From positions 1 to 61,786 of the forward strand of contig JBAXPF010000001.1 of assembly GCA_037132955.1 (NCBI GenBank): 61,786 nt of DNA. Reading direction: 5' to 3'. This document shows positions 46,839-58,163 of this stretch, piece after piece. Both the position numbers and the translations under genes were made by a program. The number at the start of each line of letters is the position of its first letter. Positions within the stretch are counted from its first letter, which is position 1. Below the pieces are notes generated by a model. That model saw only the letters and a list, made by a program, of their open reading frames with translations, was not told where the DNA came from and searched no databases. This stretch comes from Verrucomicrobiota bacterium (GTDB taxonomy: Bacteria; Verrucomicrobiota; Verrucomicrobiia; Verrucomicrobiales; Akkermansiaceae).

Positions 46839-49800
46839 CTCGTCCGGCGGTTTTGATAGGACAGGATGAAGCTGGCCAGCATCCAACAGCCAAACACCAG
46901 TCCCGTTAGAATCAGGCCGCAGGATTGTCCCGTGGCGAACTCTCCCTTGGCCGCAGCGGCCCGGGCCGGCTTGCCCGGCGCCTCGTTGGGCTCCGGCTTT
47001 TTCAACCCGGCAAACGGCAGCGGCTTTTGCAGTGCCAGGAAAATGTTCCGGTATTGCTTGTCCCGGTAATCGTTGCGAAACGTTTCCGCTTCCCGGACTA
47101 ACAAATCAATCCGCTCGTTGACGAAAAACTCCGACGCCGGATACACCGCCGGCGCATCCGGCCACACTTTCATGGTTTCCACCTCCAGCTTGCTGCCGTA
47201 GCGGGCGATGCGGGCGATGCGGGCCACCAAATCCGCGGCCTCCTGGGGCGTCTCCGCGCCGGCCGCCAGCAAGCGCCGCAGCCCCTCCTTGAGCAACTCA
47301 AAGCGCTCGGCATGAGCCGCGTTCATCGGTTCGCGCTGGTCCCGGATCAGATTGATTTTGCGCTGCAAGCGGAGTCGCTCGAACTCGAACGGATTGCGGG
47401 TCGCCTGCGTCACCACCATGCCCTCGTAGGCATAGCGCAAGGGCATCAGCACGGATGGCACCGGTGCCCCGCCCCGCTCACGGTCGATCCCGACGTTTTC
47501 AAACAAGCCGCGGTTCATTTCCCGATAGGGCACCAGCGCGCCGGCCAACAACATTTGCGGCACCAATAAGAGCGGCACCGCGGTCAACGCCGCCCGCTCG
47601 GTATTGACCACGGTGGAAACCACCAGCGCCAGTGCCGTGCCGGTCCACGCCGTGAGGGTCATCCACAGCCAATGCTCCAGCACCATCCCGTGGATATCCA
47701 AAAAGTAATTGCCGACCACGACATACATGAAACACTGCCCGGACGCCACCAATCCCAACGCCACAAACTTCGCCGCCAGATACGATGCCGCACTCGTCTG
47801 GCAATTGCGCTCCCGGCGCAACACCGGACGGTCCCGCAACACTTCGGTCGCCGAGTTGGTCAAGCCCAGAAACATCGCCACCGTCACACTCAAAAACAAA
47901 TACGCCGGTATGTGCAGCGCCGTGGCAAAATGATACTGCCCGGTCGGCGACGAGCGCAGCGTGATGGATACCAACGCCGCCAACACCGGCGCCTCAATGC
48001 AGGTGCTGTAAATGGTCCCCCGGTTCCTGAACTTTGATAGAAGGGAACGCAGGAAATGCGTGGCAAACACCGCCATGACCGTCCGCAAACGCCGCTCCGG
48101 CTTGAGTGGCACCGGCAGGCCCGCCACCGTCCCCACATCGCTCAGGCGCGAGACCGGGCCGGCACCCGGTTGCAGGGACCGTAACAAGGCCGCGCTCTCA
48201 TGCCGTTCCTGCCAGAACGCGGGTGGAAACCGCCGCGCCGCTCCCGTGTTAGAACCGCCGCCGATGACGCTCAGCGGTGTCTCCAACACATCAAACACGA
48301 AATCCGCACCCAAGGCCGCCCCACCCGTCATCGAGGGATGGGAAATGCCGAGTTCCTCACAGGCCCCACGGAAATACTCCACCATCCCCGTCGGGGTCCC
48401 GAAATAGGCCAGACAGCCACCGCTGTCTAACAACAACACCTTGTCAAACAGGCGCAGCACCAGGGCCCCCGGCCGGTGCAACGACGCGATCACGATCTTC
48501 TCCCGCGCCAACGAGCGCAGCGTTTCGGCCACATGTTCGGAGTCCTTCGACGACAACCCGGAGATCGGCTCGTCAAACAAAAACACCTCCGCCCGGCTGC
48601 CCAGATCCAAACCCAGATTCAAGCGGCTGCGTTCCCCTCCGGAAAGGGTCTTCTCGCCGGCGGAGCCGACCCGCCGCCGCGCGATCGATTGCAAACCCAG
48701 CTCGGCCAGCGCGCTATCCACGCGCCGTTCATGCTCCGCCAGGGACAGGCCCGGGCGGCGGATGGTCACCGCGTGGCGCAAATGCTCGCGCACCGTCAAT
48801 TGCGGGTTGAGCGCCTCCTCCTGGGGCATGTAGGCAATGAAGGGCACCAAGCGCTCGCGGTGCTCGTAGAGTTGGATACCATTGAGTTCCACCTTGCCCC
48901 GGCTCGGTTGCAATTGTCCGGACAGCACCGACAACAAAGTGCTCTTGCCGCTCCCGCTCGGCCCGATGATGCACATCATCTCGCCGCGTCTCACCTCAAA
49001 GTTGATGTGATCCAAGGCCCGCGCGCCCGGCGCAAAATCATGAATCAAATCCTCCACCTGCAACGATTCAATCTGCGTTCGTTCCTCATCCAAAAAGCCC
49101 TCGCGAAACCGGCAGCGCACCGCCTGGCTACCGGACAAGCGGATCACCGACCCATCCACCAACACCGCCGTCCCGCGCACCCCCTGCCCGTCCACCTCAA
49201 TCGCCCCCTCGCTCTGCCTGACCTCCAACACCCCTTCCGCCCGCTCCGCATCATAACGGATGAACAACACCGCCCGCGGCGCCAGCTTCGATCCTAACAA
49301 CAAATCGCCGGGCGCCAACGCCGCGGCATCGTTGGAAACCAAGTATTCCTGGCGATCCCCCGCGAGGCGGAACCGGCGCCCGGACTGGGTGGCGCGGCGT
49401 CTCAGCTCGTTGATCGAAAAGCTCACCCCGGCCGCATCGCCGAGCCGTTCGTGATTGAGGCAGATCACCTTTTCCCCCCGCCGCAACGGGCCACGATTGC
49501 CCGCGTGCAAATTCGTGTGGCGCAAGGCCTCCACCTCGGCTTGCAAGCCAAAGCTCACCCGCACCGCGCTCATCCGCCCCCGCATCCGCTCTGCGGTCAG
49601 TCCGTTGGGTCCCGCCTCCAGATAGATCGCCGGGGTATTGCCGGTGCGCTTCACGTTGAGGAAAAACATCAAATCCTCATGGCTGAGGGTCCAGCCCAGC
49701 ACCACCAAGGGTTGGCGCTCCCGCATCCGCAAAAACGCGCCGGTCTCCAGCGACCTCCCCCGAATCCACAGCGGTGCCACCCCGGTATTTCTGACCAGCA

Positions 49801-50386
49801 CCAACTCCCCGGTCCGATACACCCGGAACTCCTGCCCCTGCGCCACCGCCATCGGCGGCAAGATCACATCCGCTCCCTCTCCACCGAAAATGACCCGCTC
49901 AAACGGCAAGCTCTCATCGCCGGCTTCCCCGAGCATTTCCCGCAAAATCGCCGCCCCATAATCCGGCCGCCCCAAGCGCCGCATGAACACGTCAAAGCTC
50001 GCCCGCCCGCGCTCCGACCGGCCAGACGCATCCACTAAGGTAAACAACTCCAAGCCCACCGCCAGCTTGCCCGCATCATTCAAGGTCTCCTTCAACTCTG
50101 CGGAAATCCCCTGCAGCGGGCGTGGATTCCTCACCGCGCGCTGCAAACGCCGCCGCAGCCAGCCGTGGTCCACCTCGGGAAAGGCACTCCGCAGCAAATC
50201 CAAAATCATATCCGCCTCCGCCGTGCTCAGTTGGTTGTCCAATGTCGCAAACGCCGCAAACGCATCCACTAACACCCCCACATGCGCGTCGGTCCCCGGC
50301 CGCAACGCCCGCAGCCGCGCAATTCCCGGAACCAGCCGCAACCACCCCCAGCGCATCCAATACAGCGGGTTGAGTTTCCGATTCAT
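46835..50386 (-). CDS. Fused ABC transporter (TerB-like N-terminus, FHA-like region, NBD, ABC-2 permease)
   Basis: [24 protein letters not shown]; C-terminal TM helices; start uncertain. Confidence 0.85.
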   Translation of the reverse strand: MNRKLNPLYWMRWGWLRLVPGIARLRALRPGTDAHVGVLVDAFAAFATLDNQLSTAEADMILDLLRSAFPEVDHGWLRRRLQRAVRNPRPLQGISAELKETLNDAGKLAVGLELFTLVDASGRSERGRASFDVFMRRLGRPDYGAAILREMLGEAGDESLPFERVIFGGEGADVILPPMAVAQGQEFRVYRTGELVLVRNTGVAPLWIRGRSLETGAFLRMRERQPLVVLGWTLSHEDLMFFLNVKRTGNTPAIYLEAGPNGLTAERMRGRMSAVRVSFGLQAEVEALRHTNLHAGNRGPLRRGEKVICLNHERLGDAAGVSFSINELRRRATQSGRRFRLAGDRQEYLVSNDAAALAPGDLLLGSKLAPRAVLFIRYDAERAEGVLEVRQSEGAIEVDGQGVRGTAVLVDGSVIRLSGSQAVRCRFREGFLDEERTQIESLQVEDLIHDFAPGARALDHINFEVRRGEMMCIIGPSGSGKSTLLSVLSGQLQPSRGKVELNGIQLYEHRERLVPFIAYMPQEEALNPQLTVREHLRHAVTIRRPGLSLAEHERRVDSALAELGLQSIARRRVGSAGEKTLSGGERSRLNLGLDLGSRAEVFLFDEPISGLSSKDSEHVAETLRSLAREKIVIASLHRPGALVLRLFDKVLLLDSGGCLAYFGTPTGMVEYFRGACEELGISHPSMTGGAALGADFVFDVLETPLSVIGGGSNTGAARRFPPAFWQERHESAALLRSLQPGAGPVSRLSDVGTVAGLPVPLKPERRLRTVMAVFATHFLRSLLSKFRNRGTIYSTCIEAPVLAALVSITLRSSPTGQYHFATALHIPAYLFLSVTVAMFLGLTNSATEVLRDRPVLRRERNCQTSAASYLAAKFVALGLVASGQCFMYVVVGNYFLDIHGMVLEHWLWMTLTAWTGTALALVVSTVVNTERAALTAVPLLLVPQMLLAGALVPYREMNRGLFENVGIDRERGGAPVPSVLMPLRYAYEGMVVTQATRNPFEFERLRLQRKINLIRDQREPMNAAHAERFELLKEGLRRLLAAGAETPQEAADLVARIARIARYGSKLEVETMKVWPDAPAVYPASEFFVNERIDLLVREAETFRNDYRDKQYRNIFLALQKPLPFAGLKKPEPNEAPGKPARAAAAKGEFATGQSCGLILTGLVFGCWMLASFILSYQNRRTS

Positions 50387-50526
50387 GCCGTGAAAATGCC
50401 AGTCCACGTGCCCATCCATGCCAGAGCTTGCGTCCACCCGCAAGAACTCTGCAAAAAAGGGGTTTCCTTTTTGCCCACGGCGATTACCATAGGCCACCCC
50501 CTGCCGGGCTGCCTCGCCCATCCACC

Positions 50527-52899
50527 ATGTCTGAACAACCGACCCCCCCTTCCAATCCCAACCCCAACCGCAGCACCGGCGACGTCGGCGGTTTTAACTG
50601 GCGTTTGTTGATTTTGCTTGCCGTGGCCACCCTCATCCTCGGGCTGGCGTTTTTCAACAACCCGCTGGGCAACAATCCCGCCAAGTCTCTGAGCTACTCG
50701 GAGTTCCGGGCGTGTTGGAATCAAGGCCGCGTCCTCGTTGACGACTCAAAACACCCCCTGAAAGTCGTCACCACCGACACGTCCTACGATGCCGAAATCA
50801 ACGGCTGGCTGGCCCCGGAACTCCAAAAATCAGACACCTCGGAGGAAAAGACCACGACCATCCGCGTGCTCGTCAACCTCGACCTCCAAAAGGACGAGAT
50901 CAGCGCCATGCTCGGCGACAAAATCAACATCGAGGCCAGTCCGGATGTTAGCCCGCCAAGTGCAGCCGCCAATGCTTCCAGCGAAACCTTGTCGCTCGCC
51001 GAGTTTCGCAAAGCTCTCGCCCTCGGTCAGATCCAAACCGCGGACGCCGTCAATCCGCTGCGCATCCGCACCAACCCCGGCACGTCCCAAGCCCTCATCG
51101 TCGGCACCCGCAAAGTCACCACCAACCTCGTCGCCAAGAAAAATCCCAAAGACGGCAAAGACCTCGCCGCCGAGCCCTTCAGCGTCAGCGTCTCCGTGCC
51201 GATCCTCAGCGACGACCTCAAGCAACTCGTCAAGGACAAGGCCAAATACGAGCGCCACAAGGACTACCTCGGCAGTGCCATCATCACCTTTCTGCCGGTC
51301 CTGCTCATTCTATTGCTGCTCTTTTTCTTGTTCCGCCAGCAAATGAAAAGTGTGGGCCGCGGTGCCATGTCGTTTGGCAAGAGCAAGGCCCGCCTGCTCT
51401 CCCAAGACCGCGTCAAGGTCACCTTCAAGGACGTCGCCGGCATCCAGGAAGCCAAGGAGGAACTCTGCGAAATCGTCGATTTCCTCCGCGACCCGCGCAA
51501 ATTCCAAAAACTCGGCGGCTCCATCCCCAAGGGCGTCCTGATGGTCGGCGCCCCCGGCACCGGCAAGACCCTCCTCGCCCGCGCCATCGCCGGGGAGGCC
51601 GATGTCCCGTTCTTCTCAATCTCCGGCTCGGACTTCGTCGAAATGTTTGTCGGTGTCGGAGCCTCCCGCGTCCGCGACATGTTCGAACAAGGCAAAAAAC
51701 AGGCACCCTGCCTCATTTTCATCGATGAAATCGACGCCGTGGGCCGCCACCGCGGCCATGGCATGGGCGGCGGTCATGACGAACGCGAACAAACCCTCAA
51801 CCAACTCCTCGTCGAGATGGACGGCTTCGACACCCAGGAAGGCGTCATTATCATCGCCGCCACCAACCGCCCCGATGTCCTCGACCCCGCGCTGCTGCGG
51901 CCCGGTCGCTTCGACCGCCAGGTCACCATCTCGCTGCCCGACGTCAATGGCCGCGAGGAAATTCTCCGTGTCCACGTCAAAAAAATCAAACTCGCCGCCG
52001 GCGTCGATCTGTCAAAAATCGCGCGCGGCACGCCCGGGTTTTCCGGCGCGGAACTCGCCAATCTGGTCAATGAGTCCGCGTTGCTCGCCGCCCGCCGCGG
52101 GCTGAGCGCCGTCACCCTCGACGAAATGGAGGAAGCCCGCGACAAGGTCCGCTGGGGCCGCGAACGCCGCTCGCTCGCCATGTCGGAAAAGGAACGCATC
52201 GGCACCGCTTGGCACGAGGCCGGCCATGCTTACCTCAACATGGTTTTGCCGCACACCCACCCGCTGCACAAAGTCACCATCATCCCCCGCGGCCCCTACC
52301 TCGGCGCCACCATGTATCTGCCCGATGGCGACAAATACTCGACCCAGAAAAAGGAAGCCCTCGCCAGCCTCATCGTCACCATGGGCGGCCGCATCGCTGA
52401 AGGCTTCCACAGTGAGGATGTCTCTAACGGTGCCGCCGGCGACATCCGCCAAGCCACCGCCCTCGCCCGCAACATGGTTTGCGAATGGGGCATGAGCGAC
52501 AAACTCGGCATGGTTGAATACGGCGAGGGCGACGCCCCCATCTTCATCGGTCGCGGCGATACCGGCCGCCACCCTAACTATAGCGGCCATACCGCCAAAC
52601 TCATCGACGAGGAAATCAAGTTCTTCATCGATGACGCCTTCCGCCAGGCCACCGCCATTCTCAGCGCCGCGCGCCCCAGCGTCGAGGTCATCGCGCAAGC
52701 CCTTCTCGAGTATGAAACCCTCGATGCCTCCCACTTGCGCGACCTCATCGACTCCGGCGTCATGCGCAATCCGCCCAATGTTCCCAAACCGCCGCCCGTC
52801 CCCGAGGAGCTGCGCAAAAAACCCACCAAAAAACCTGCGGAAGAAAATCTGCCCGATGACCACGGTCCCATCCCCGGCGTCGTCGGTGCCCCCGCTTGA
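50527..52899 (+). CDS. ftsH: ATP-dependent zinc metalloprotease FtsH
   Basis: Two TM helices, [43 protein letters not shown] and HEAGH. Confidence 0.97.
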   Translation: MSEQPTPPSNPNPNRSTGDVGGFNWRLLILLAVATLILGLAFFNNPLGNNPAKSLSYSEFRACWNQGRVLVDDSKHPLKVVTTDTSYDAEINGWLAPELQKSDTSEEKTTTIRVLVNLDLQKDEISAMLGDKINIEASPDVSPPSAAANASSETLSLAEFRKALALGQIQTADAVNPLRIRTNPGTSQALIVGTRKVTTNLVAKKNPKDGKDLAAEPFSVSVSVPILSDDLKQLVKDKAKYERHKDYLGSAIITFLPVLLILLLLFFLFRQQMKSVGRGAMSFGKSKARLLSQDRVKVTFKDVAGIQEAKEELCEIVDFLRDPRKFQKLGGSIPKGVLMVGAPGTGKTLLARAIAGEADVPFFSISGSDFVEMFVGVGASRVRDMFEQGKKQAPCLIFIDEIDAVGRHRGHGMGGGHDEREQTLNQLLVEMDGFDTQEGVIIIAATNRPDVLDPALLRPGRFDRQVTISLPDVNGREEILRVHVKKIKLAAGVDLSKIARGTPGFSGAELANLVNESALLAARRGLSAVTLDEMEEARDKVRWGRERRSLAMSEKERIGTAWHEAGHAYLNMVLPHTHPLHKVTIIPRGPYLGATMYLPDGDKYSTQKKEALASLIVTMGGRIAEGFHSEDVSNGAAGDIRQATALARNMVCEWGMSDKLGMVEYGEGDAPIFIGRGDTGRHPNYSGHTAKLIDEEIKFFIDDAFRQATAILSAARPSVEVIAQALLEYETLDASHLRDLIDSGVMRNPPNVPKPPPVPEELRKKPTKKPAEENLPDDHGPIPGVVGAPA

Positions 52900-52948
52900 G
52901 TCCACTTTCAATGCATCAAGCGACTGAAGGGGTTGCGGGCGGAGAGAA

Positions 52949-52994
52949 TCACTGAACCTGCTGAAATATTTAATATAATCAGCGGCATCAGTGG
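52949..52994. terminator. Imperfect hairpin between convergent ftsH and cls (CACTGA/TCAGTG family)
   Basis: cactga-acc-tgctga-aatatt..aatata-a-tcagcg-gca-tcagtg. Confidence 0.45.
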
Positions 52995-53083
52995 GTCTTA
53001 TTTGCATGCCCAACCTTTTGGAGGTTGTCCTAAGGAATCCTCAGTGGATCGTCCGTCCTCCCAGTCGGAAAATTGGCGACGGC

Positions 53084-54526
53084 TCACTGGATGGGTGCGA
53101 GCAGGCGTGCGGCGCGGCAGGCCGCGCGAAACAAGAAGGAACTCTTGGTAAAATCCTCCACTCTGGCCTCACGCGCATGCTTGAAGTCGAGCACCAGCAT
53201 CCGTGTGACCTGCTCGACAAAGCGCGGATCCGGCGAAAATGCGGTGATCTCGAAGTTGAGGCGGAACGAGCGGTTGTCGAGATTGGCGGTGCCCACCGCC
53301 GCCAGTCGGTCGTCTATCAACATCACCTTCTGATGGAGGAAGCCACGGTGGTAGCGGAACAATCTCACGCCGTAGGGAATCGATTGCTCGTAGTAGGAAA
53401 AGGCCGACAACCAGACTAACAGGTGATCGGCCCGCTCGGGCAGCAGGATGCGCACGTCCACCCCGCGGATGGCCGCCGCCTGCAAGGCGGTTAGAACACC
53501 CTCGTCCGGGACGAAGTAGGGCGAGGTGATCCACAGGCGATGACGCGACGAGTTGGCGGCCTCCGCCACCACCAGTTGCCAGGAATCCGCGGGATCGGCC
53601 GGGCCGGTCGGGATGATGGCCGCCACTTGGTCGGCGGCTTCCGGGCGGGTGGTCCAACGCAATTGTGGCACGGTTTCCGACGCCCAGAACCAATCTTCGA
53701 GAAAGACCATCTGCACGGCCTGCACCGCCGGGCCTTGGAGTTGCAGGTGGGTGTCCCGCCAGGGGCCGAACTTCACATCGCGGCCGAGATATTCATCGCC
53801 CACGTTGAGTCCGCCGAGAAAGGCGGTCTTGCCATCGATGACGACGATTTTGCGGTGGTTGCGGAAGTTCACCTGCAGCCGCGACCACCAATGGCGGTTG
53901 GTGCCGAACGAGCGGCACTCGACCCCGGCATCGCGCAACGTCCGCAGGTAGTGGTGTGGCAACTTGTGCGAGCCGAATTCATCAAACAAGAACAAGACTT
54001 TCACGCCGGCTTGCGCGCGTTCGACGAGTGCCTGTTGGAAGCGCTTGCCGAGTTGGTCGTTTTTGACGATGAAGAAATTGACGCACAGATACTCGCGTGC
54101 CTGCCGCATCTCGCGGAACAAGCGCTCGAACATTTCCTCGCCATCGATCAACAACTCCAGCGCGTTGCCCCGCGTGAAGGGCAGCCCGCCCAGAATCATC
54201 GCCGCCCGGGCAAACGCGTCCTCGTCGGGAATCTCGATCTCATAGCGCCGCAAGCGCCGGTGCATGGACTCGGCCAGCTTGCGCAGGCGTTCATCGCCCG
54301 CCCGCCGGCCGCGCACATAGCCGGAAAACCGGCTCCGCCCGACCACCCAATACAAGGGAATCGCCAGATAGGGGAAGGTCAGCAGAAAAATCACCCAGGC
54401 AATGGTGCCTTGGGCTGTTCTAACATGCATCAGCGCGTGCAGCACGTGCAGCAAGCCTATCAGTTCGAGCGCCAGCCACCCCAGCAAGCTGAGCATGGGC
54501 ATGAGTTCCGGACTGATCAACGCCAT
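53084..54526 (-). CDS. cls: Cardiolipin synthase
   Basis: Two HKD motifs (NHRKIVVID, LHQKVMLID), N-terminal TM helices, WRDTH and SPYFVPD. Confidence 0.93.
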   Translation of the reverse strand: MALISPELMPMLSLLGWLALELIGLLHVLHALMHVRTAQGTIAWVIFLLTFPYLAIPLYWVVGRSRFSGYVRGRRAGDERLRKLAESMHRRLRRYEIEIPDEDAFARAAMILGGLPFTRGNALELLIDGEEMFERLFREMRQAREYLCVNFFIVKNDQLGKRFQQALVERAQAGVKVLFLFDEFGSHKLPHHYLRTLRDAGVECRSFGTNRHWWSRLQVNFRNHRKIVVIDGKTAFLGGLNVGDEYLGRDVKFGPWRDTHLQLQGPAVQAVQMVFLEDWFWASETVPQLRWTTRPEAADQVAAIIPTGPADPADSWQLVVAEAANSSRHRLWITSPYFVPDEGVLTALQAAAIRGVDVRILLPERADHLLVWLSAFSYYEQSIPYGVRLFRYHRGFLHQKVMLIDDRLAAVGTANLDNRSFRLNFEITAFSPDPRFVEQVTRMLVLDFKHAREARVEDFTKSSFLFRAACRAARLLAPIQ

Positions 54527-54626
54527 GGCGCAGAGTCTAGCGGGTTGGGTGGCGGACACAAGCATTCCCGAGCGCGGCGCAATTGGCGTTGACTCGCGGC
54601 AGGGCGACTCGCAGGCTGAGCTGGAG

Positions 54627-56648
54627 ATGACCCGAAATTCATGGCTTGATGCCGGCCAATGGCTGGCGACGTCGGACACTGCCATTGCGCTCCACGGAGT
54701 GGACATCGCGATCCTGCTGATTTACGTGCTGGTGGTCGTCGCCATCGGCTTTGCCTTGAAACGGCACATGAAATCCTCGGCGGACTTCCTGACGTCCGGA
54801 CGTTCGATTCCCGCGTGGGTCACCGGCCTGGCCTTCATGTCCGCCAATCTCGGTGCCCTTGAATTGGTGGGCATGACCGCCTGCGGCGCGAAATACGGCA
54901 TGGCCACCTGCCATTTTTACTGGGTGGGGGCGATCGCGGCGATGGTGTTTTTGGCGGTGTTCATGATGCCGTTTTATTACGGGTCAAAGGCCCGCTCGGT
55001 GCCTGAATACCTGAAACTCCGCTTTGACGAACGGGTTCGCTGCCTGAACTCTATCACCTTTGCCGTGATGACCGTGTTTGCCTCCGGCATTTCCATGAAC
55101 GCCCTGGCCAAACTGCTCCATCAGTTGTTAGGCTGGGATTACAGCGTCAGCTTGTGGCTGTGCTCGGTGGTGGTGCTCATCTACGTGCTCAAAGGCGGCC
55201 TCACCTCCGCGATCTACACGGAAGTCCTGCAGTTTTTCATGATCGTCCTGGGATTTTCGCCGGTGGTCTATCTGGGCATGCGGGACATCGGCGGCTGGCC
55301 CCGGCTCAAGGAAATCCTCGGGCATGTGGCGCAGAATCCGTCCTCCATCGGGCTCAAACCGGAGGGCGTTCACTATGCAGCCAACGCTTGGACCAGCGTC
55401 TGGGCGCCGCTGCTCGGGGGTGGCCAAGCCAACCCGATGGGGGTCGATTGGTTTGCGATGTTTTTCGGTCTCGGCTTCGTGCTCGCGTTTGGCTATTGGT
55501 GCACCAATTTCCTTGTCATCCAGCGCGCCATGGCGGCCAGAAATATGACAGCCGCCCGCAACACCCCGCTCATCGCCGCCGTGCCGAAGATGTTTCTACC
55601 GTTGCTCGTCATTCTTCCAGGAATGCTCGCCGCCGGCCTTGCCTACCGCGCCAAGGATGCCGACAACGGTTATCGCCTGCCACCCAAGGCCATCGAACCG
55701 GCGGCCTATGCCACCATGCTGCCCGTGGTGAAACACGCCGCGGCTAATAATCTAACTGCTCCAGCGGCCCTGGCGGCTATCAACCAGGCGCTCGGCTCCG
55801 CCGCCAACGATCTGAAACTCAGCGAGGAAAAAATCGGCAAGCTGGTGGCCGCGGTGGCCGCCAATCCCGCCCTGCCCGCAGCCGCGATGGAAACATCGCT
55901 GCAGAATGCGGTGAAGGAAACCGACTTCGACGGCGTGATTCTCTCGCTGGTGAAGCGGTATTGTCCGCCGGGAATGCTCGGGCTGGCGCTCACCGCGCTG
56001 CTGGCGTCGTTCATGTCCGGCATGGCGGGCAACGTCACCGCCTTCAACACGGTGTGGACCTATGATCTCTATCAAGCTTATATCGCTCCGGACAGGAGTG
56101 ACGCCCACTACATGTGGATGGGGCGTTGTGTCACCGTGGTTGGCATCCTGCTGAGCATCGCCTGCGCCTATTTTGCCGCGAACTTCAACAACGCCATGGA
56201 CATCTGCCAGTTGGTGTTCAGCTTTGTGAACGCGCCGCTGTTCGCCACTTTTCTGTTAGGAATGTTCTGGGCGCGCACCACCGGCACCGGGGCCTTTTAT
56301 GGCTTGCTTGGCGGCACGGCCACTTCCGCGTTGTTTCACGGCATGACGCTGGCCGAGGGCAATATCCCCGGCGTGAAGGGTGGCTACTTCGGAGTGCAGC
56401 ACACCTTCCCCTCGGAGATGGCACAGAACTTCTGGCTGGCAACCTTTGCCTTCACGATCTGCCTGGCTCTAACCGCCGTGTTGTCGCTGGCAACCCGCCG
56501 CACCAAGACCGATGAGGAACTCAAGGGCCTCGTCTATTCGATGACGCCGCGGCTCGTTGTAGAAAACCAGCCGTTCTATCAGCGCCCGGCGGTGTTGGGC
56601 GGCGTCCTGTTTGCCATCTGCATCGTGCTCAACATCATCTTCTGGTAA
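54627..56648 (+). CDS. Sodium:solute symporter family protein
   Basis: DFLTSGRSIPAW, SVPEYLKLRF, GGLTSAIYTEVLQ, QRAMAA and ALLASFMS. Confidence 0.92.
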   Translation: MTRNSWLDAGQWLATSDTAIALHGVDIAILLIYVLVVVAIGFALKRHMKSSADFLTSGRSIPAWVTGLAFMSANLGALELVGMTACGAKYGMATCHFYWVGAIAAMVFLAVFMMPFYYGSKARSVPEYLKLRFDERVRCLNSITFAVMTVFASGISMNALAKLLHQLLGWDYSVSLWLCSVVVLIYVLKGGLTSAIYTEVLQFFMIVLGFSPVVYLGMRDIGGWPRLKEILGHVAQNPSSIGLKPEGVHYAANAWTSVWAPLLGGGQANPMGVDWFAMFFGLGFVLAFGYWCTNFLVIQRAMAARNMTAARNTPLIAAVPKMFLPLLVILPGMLAAGLAYRAKDADNGYRLPPKAIEPAAYATMLPVVKHAAANNLTAPAALAAINQALGSAANDLKLSEEKIGKLVAAVAANPALPAAAMETSLQNAVKETDFDGVILSLVKRYCPPGMLGLALTALLASFMSGMAGNVTAFNTVWTYDLYQAYIAPDRSDAHYMWMGRCVTVVGILLSIACAYFAANFNNAMDICQLVFSFVNAPLFATFLLGMFWARTTGTGAFYGLLGGTATSALFHGMTLAEGNIPGVKGGYFGVQHTFPSEMAQNFWLATFAFTICLALTAVLSLATRRTKTDEELKGLVYSMTPRLVVENQPFYQRPAVLGGVLFAICIVLNIIFW

Positions 56649-56854
56649 GCTTGGGCGGATCGATCACGTCCCCGCAGGAATGTGTGGGTTTCTGACTGCG
56701 CCTGCTGCGCGTATTGATTCAGATGCTTTGCATGGGTTGCTCAATGCTTGCGGGGGCGGCAGCGTTGAAGATTCTCCGGGACTCCCTTGCGGCAAAGCTC
56801 CCGGCAGGCTCCGGATCTTCCGCCACCCCATCTATCACATTCCTATCCGGATTC

Positions 56855-58081
56855 ATGACTTCCTCGCCCATTTCCATCGTCTGCCTTTGGTTGGGCCTCG
56901 GTCTGGCCAGTGGCGCTGCTGCCGCCACCGCAACAACTCCCGCCGGTGAGCCCACAGGACTCCTCACCGGCAAACTCGCGAACGGCTCCGCGTATGACAC
57001 CTTGTGGTCGGTGCCACTGCTCTACAAGAATGAGGCCAACCCGCTGCTGCAGGAGTTGGCGCTTCAAGGTCACCTGCAGACGCAATATGCCTCCGGCTCC
57101 AATGGCAGGGGCCATTTCGGCACCTATGACTTGTCGGACAAATGCACATGGGACGACGTGGATGTCCGCCGGTTCCGGGTGGGACTCAGGGCGCGGGTGC
57201 TGGGGAACTGGAAACTGCACACATTGTTTGATATCTATCCGGACCTGGAGCCGCGCATCTACAAGGGCATTGCGGAAGCCTATATCAGCTATGCCCCCTG
57301 CGATGCCTTCAACATTTCGCTTGGCAAGGCCGAGTTGAAATTCACCCGTGAGCAGGAGTATTCATCGCGCGACCATCTCCCTTTCGAGCGTTCGCAGATT
57401 GTCAACCAGTTCTATGGCGGCGAACTGACCGGCATGTGGGTTTCCGGCAAGGGTATTGGCGGCGGCTGGCTCTATGAGCTGGGTGCCTACGGCAATGACC
57501 GCCGCGACGAATGGAGCGAGTTCAACGCTGGTGCCATCGTTCTCGCCAAACTCGGCTACAACTACAGCAAGGCGTCCGGTTTGGATTTTGCCCAGGCCGC
57601 CATCCATTACCTGCACAACACCGAACCCGGTTACTTCGTGCACGGCTGCTCAGTGCCATCCCCGTCTTACTCGGACTGCATTGCCTTGTCTAACGATCTA
57701 ACAAACGGGCGTCTCTCCCTGGTGACCGAGTTGTTCTGGGGTGATGGTGCCATGGGCCGCCCTGATATCTATGCCTTCACCGCCATGCCCACCTGCTACC
57801 TGGTTCCCACCAAGTTGCAACTTGTCACCACCTTCCAGTTTGCCGGCAGCCATGACCCTAACGGGGTGTGCCTGCCCACTCGCTATGAGGCTCTGGCACC
57901 GGGCACCGGCGACAAGGCGGGCGACGCCTACTTCGCGGGATACGCCGGCTTGAACTATTATTTCTATGGCCAGAAACTCAAGGTGATGTCCGGCGTCAAA
58001 TACACCCACCTCGACGGCGGCCCCGGCGGCGGCAACTCCAACGGCTGGACCTGGCTGGCCGGCTTGCGCAGCGCGTTCTAG
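56855..58081 (+). CDS. Outer-membrane porin (OprO/OprP-like)
   Basis: Signal peptide, RRFRVG, alternating beta-strand pattern, C-terminal Phe. Confidence 0.75.
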   Translation: MTSSPISIVCLWLGLGLASGAAAATATTPAGEPTGLLTGKLANGSAYDTLWSVPLLYKNEANPLLQELALQGHLQTQYASGSNGRGHFGTYDLSDKCTWDDVDVRRFRVGLRARVLGNWKLHTLFDIYPDLEPRIYKGIAEAYISYAPCDAFNISLGKAELKFTREQEYSSRDHLPFERSQIVNQFYGGELTGMWVSGKGIGGGWLYELGAYGNDRRDEWSEFNAGAIVLAKLGYNYSKASGLDFAQAAIHYLHNTEPGYFVHGCSVPSPSYSDCIALSNDLTNGRLSLVTELFWGDGAMGRPDIYAFTAMPTCYLVPTKLQLVTTFQFAGSHDPNGVCLPTRYEALAPGTGDKAGDAYFAGYAGLNYYFYGQKLKVMSGVKYTHLDGGPGGGNSNGWTWLAGLRSAF

Positions 58082-58163
58082 CCTGCATTGCGCATTGACA
58101 ACCCGGGTGGGGCGCTGTCTATGGTCGCGGGCCGCGCCGCGCTGCATGCCCATCCGCAAGACC

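Noticed and set aside
45400-52900. Marked C-over-G excess on the + strand regardless of gene orientation
   Set aside because: Consistent with ordinary replication-associated skew; cannot be quantified or interpreted from one window
58095-58125. Sigma70 promoter TTGACA..TATGGT
   Set aside because: Spacer is 19 bp; plausible but not supportable
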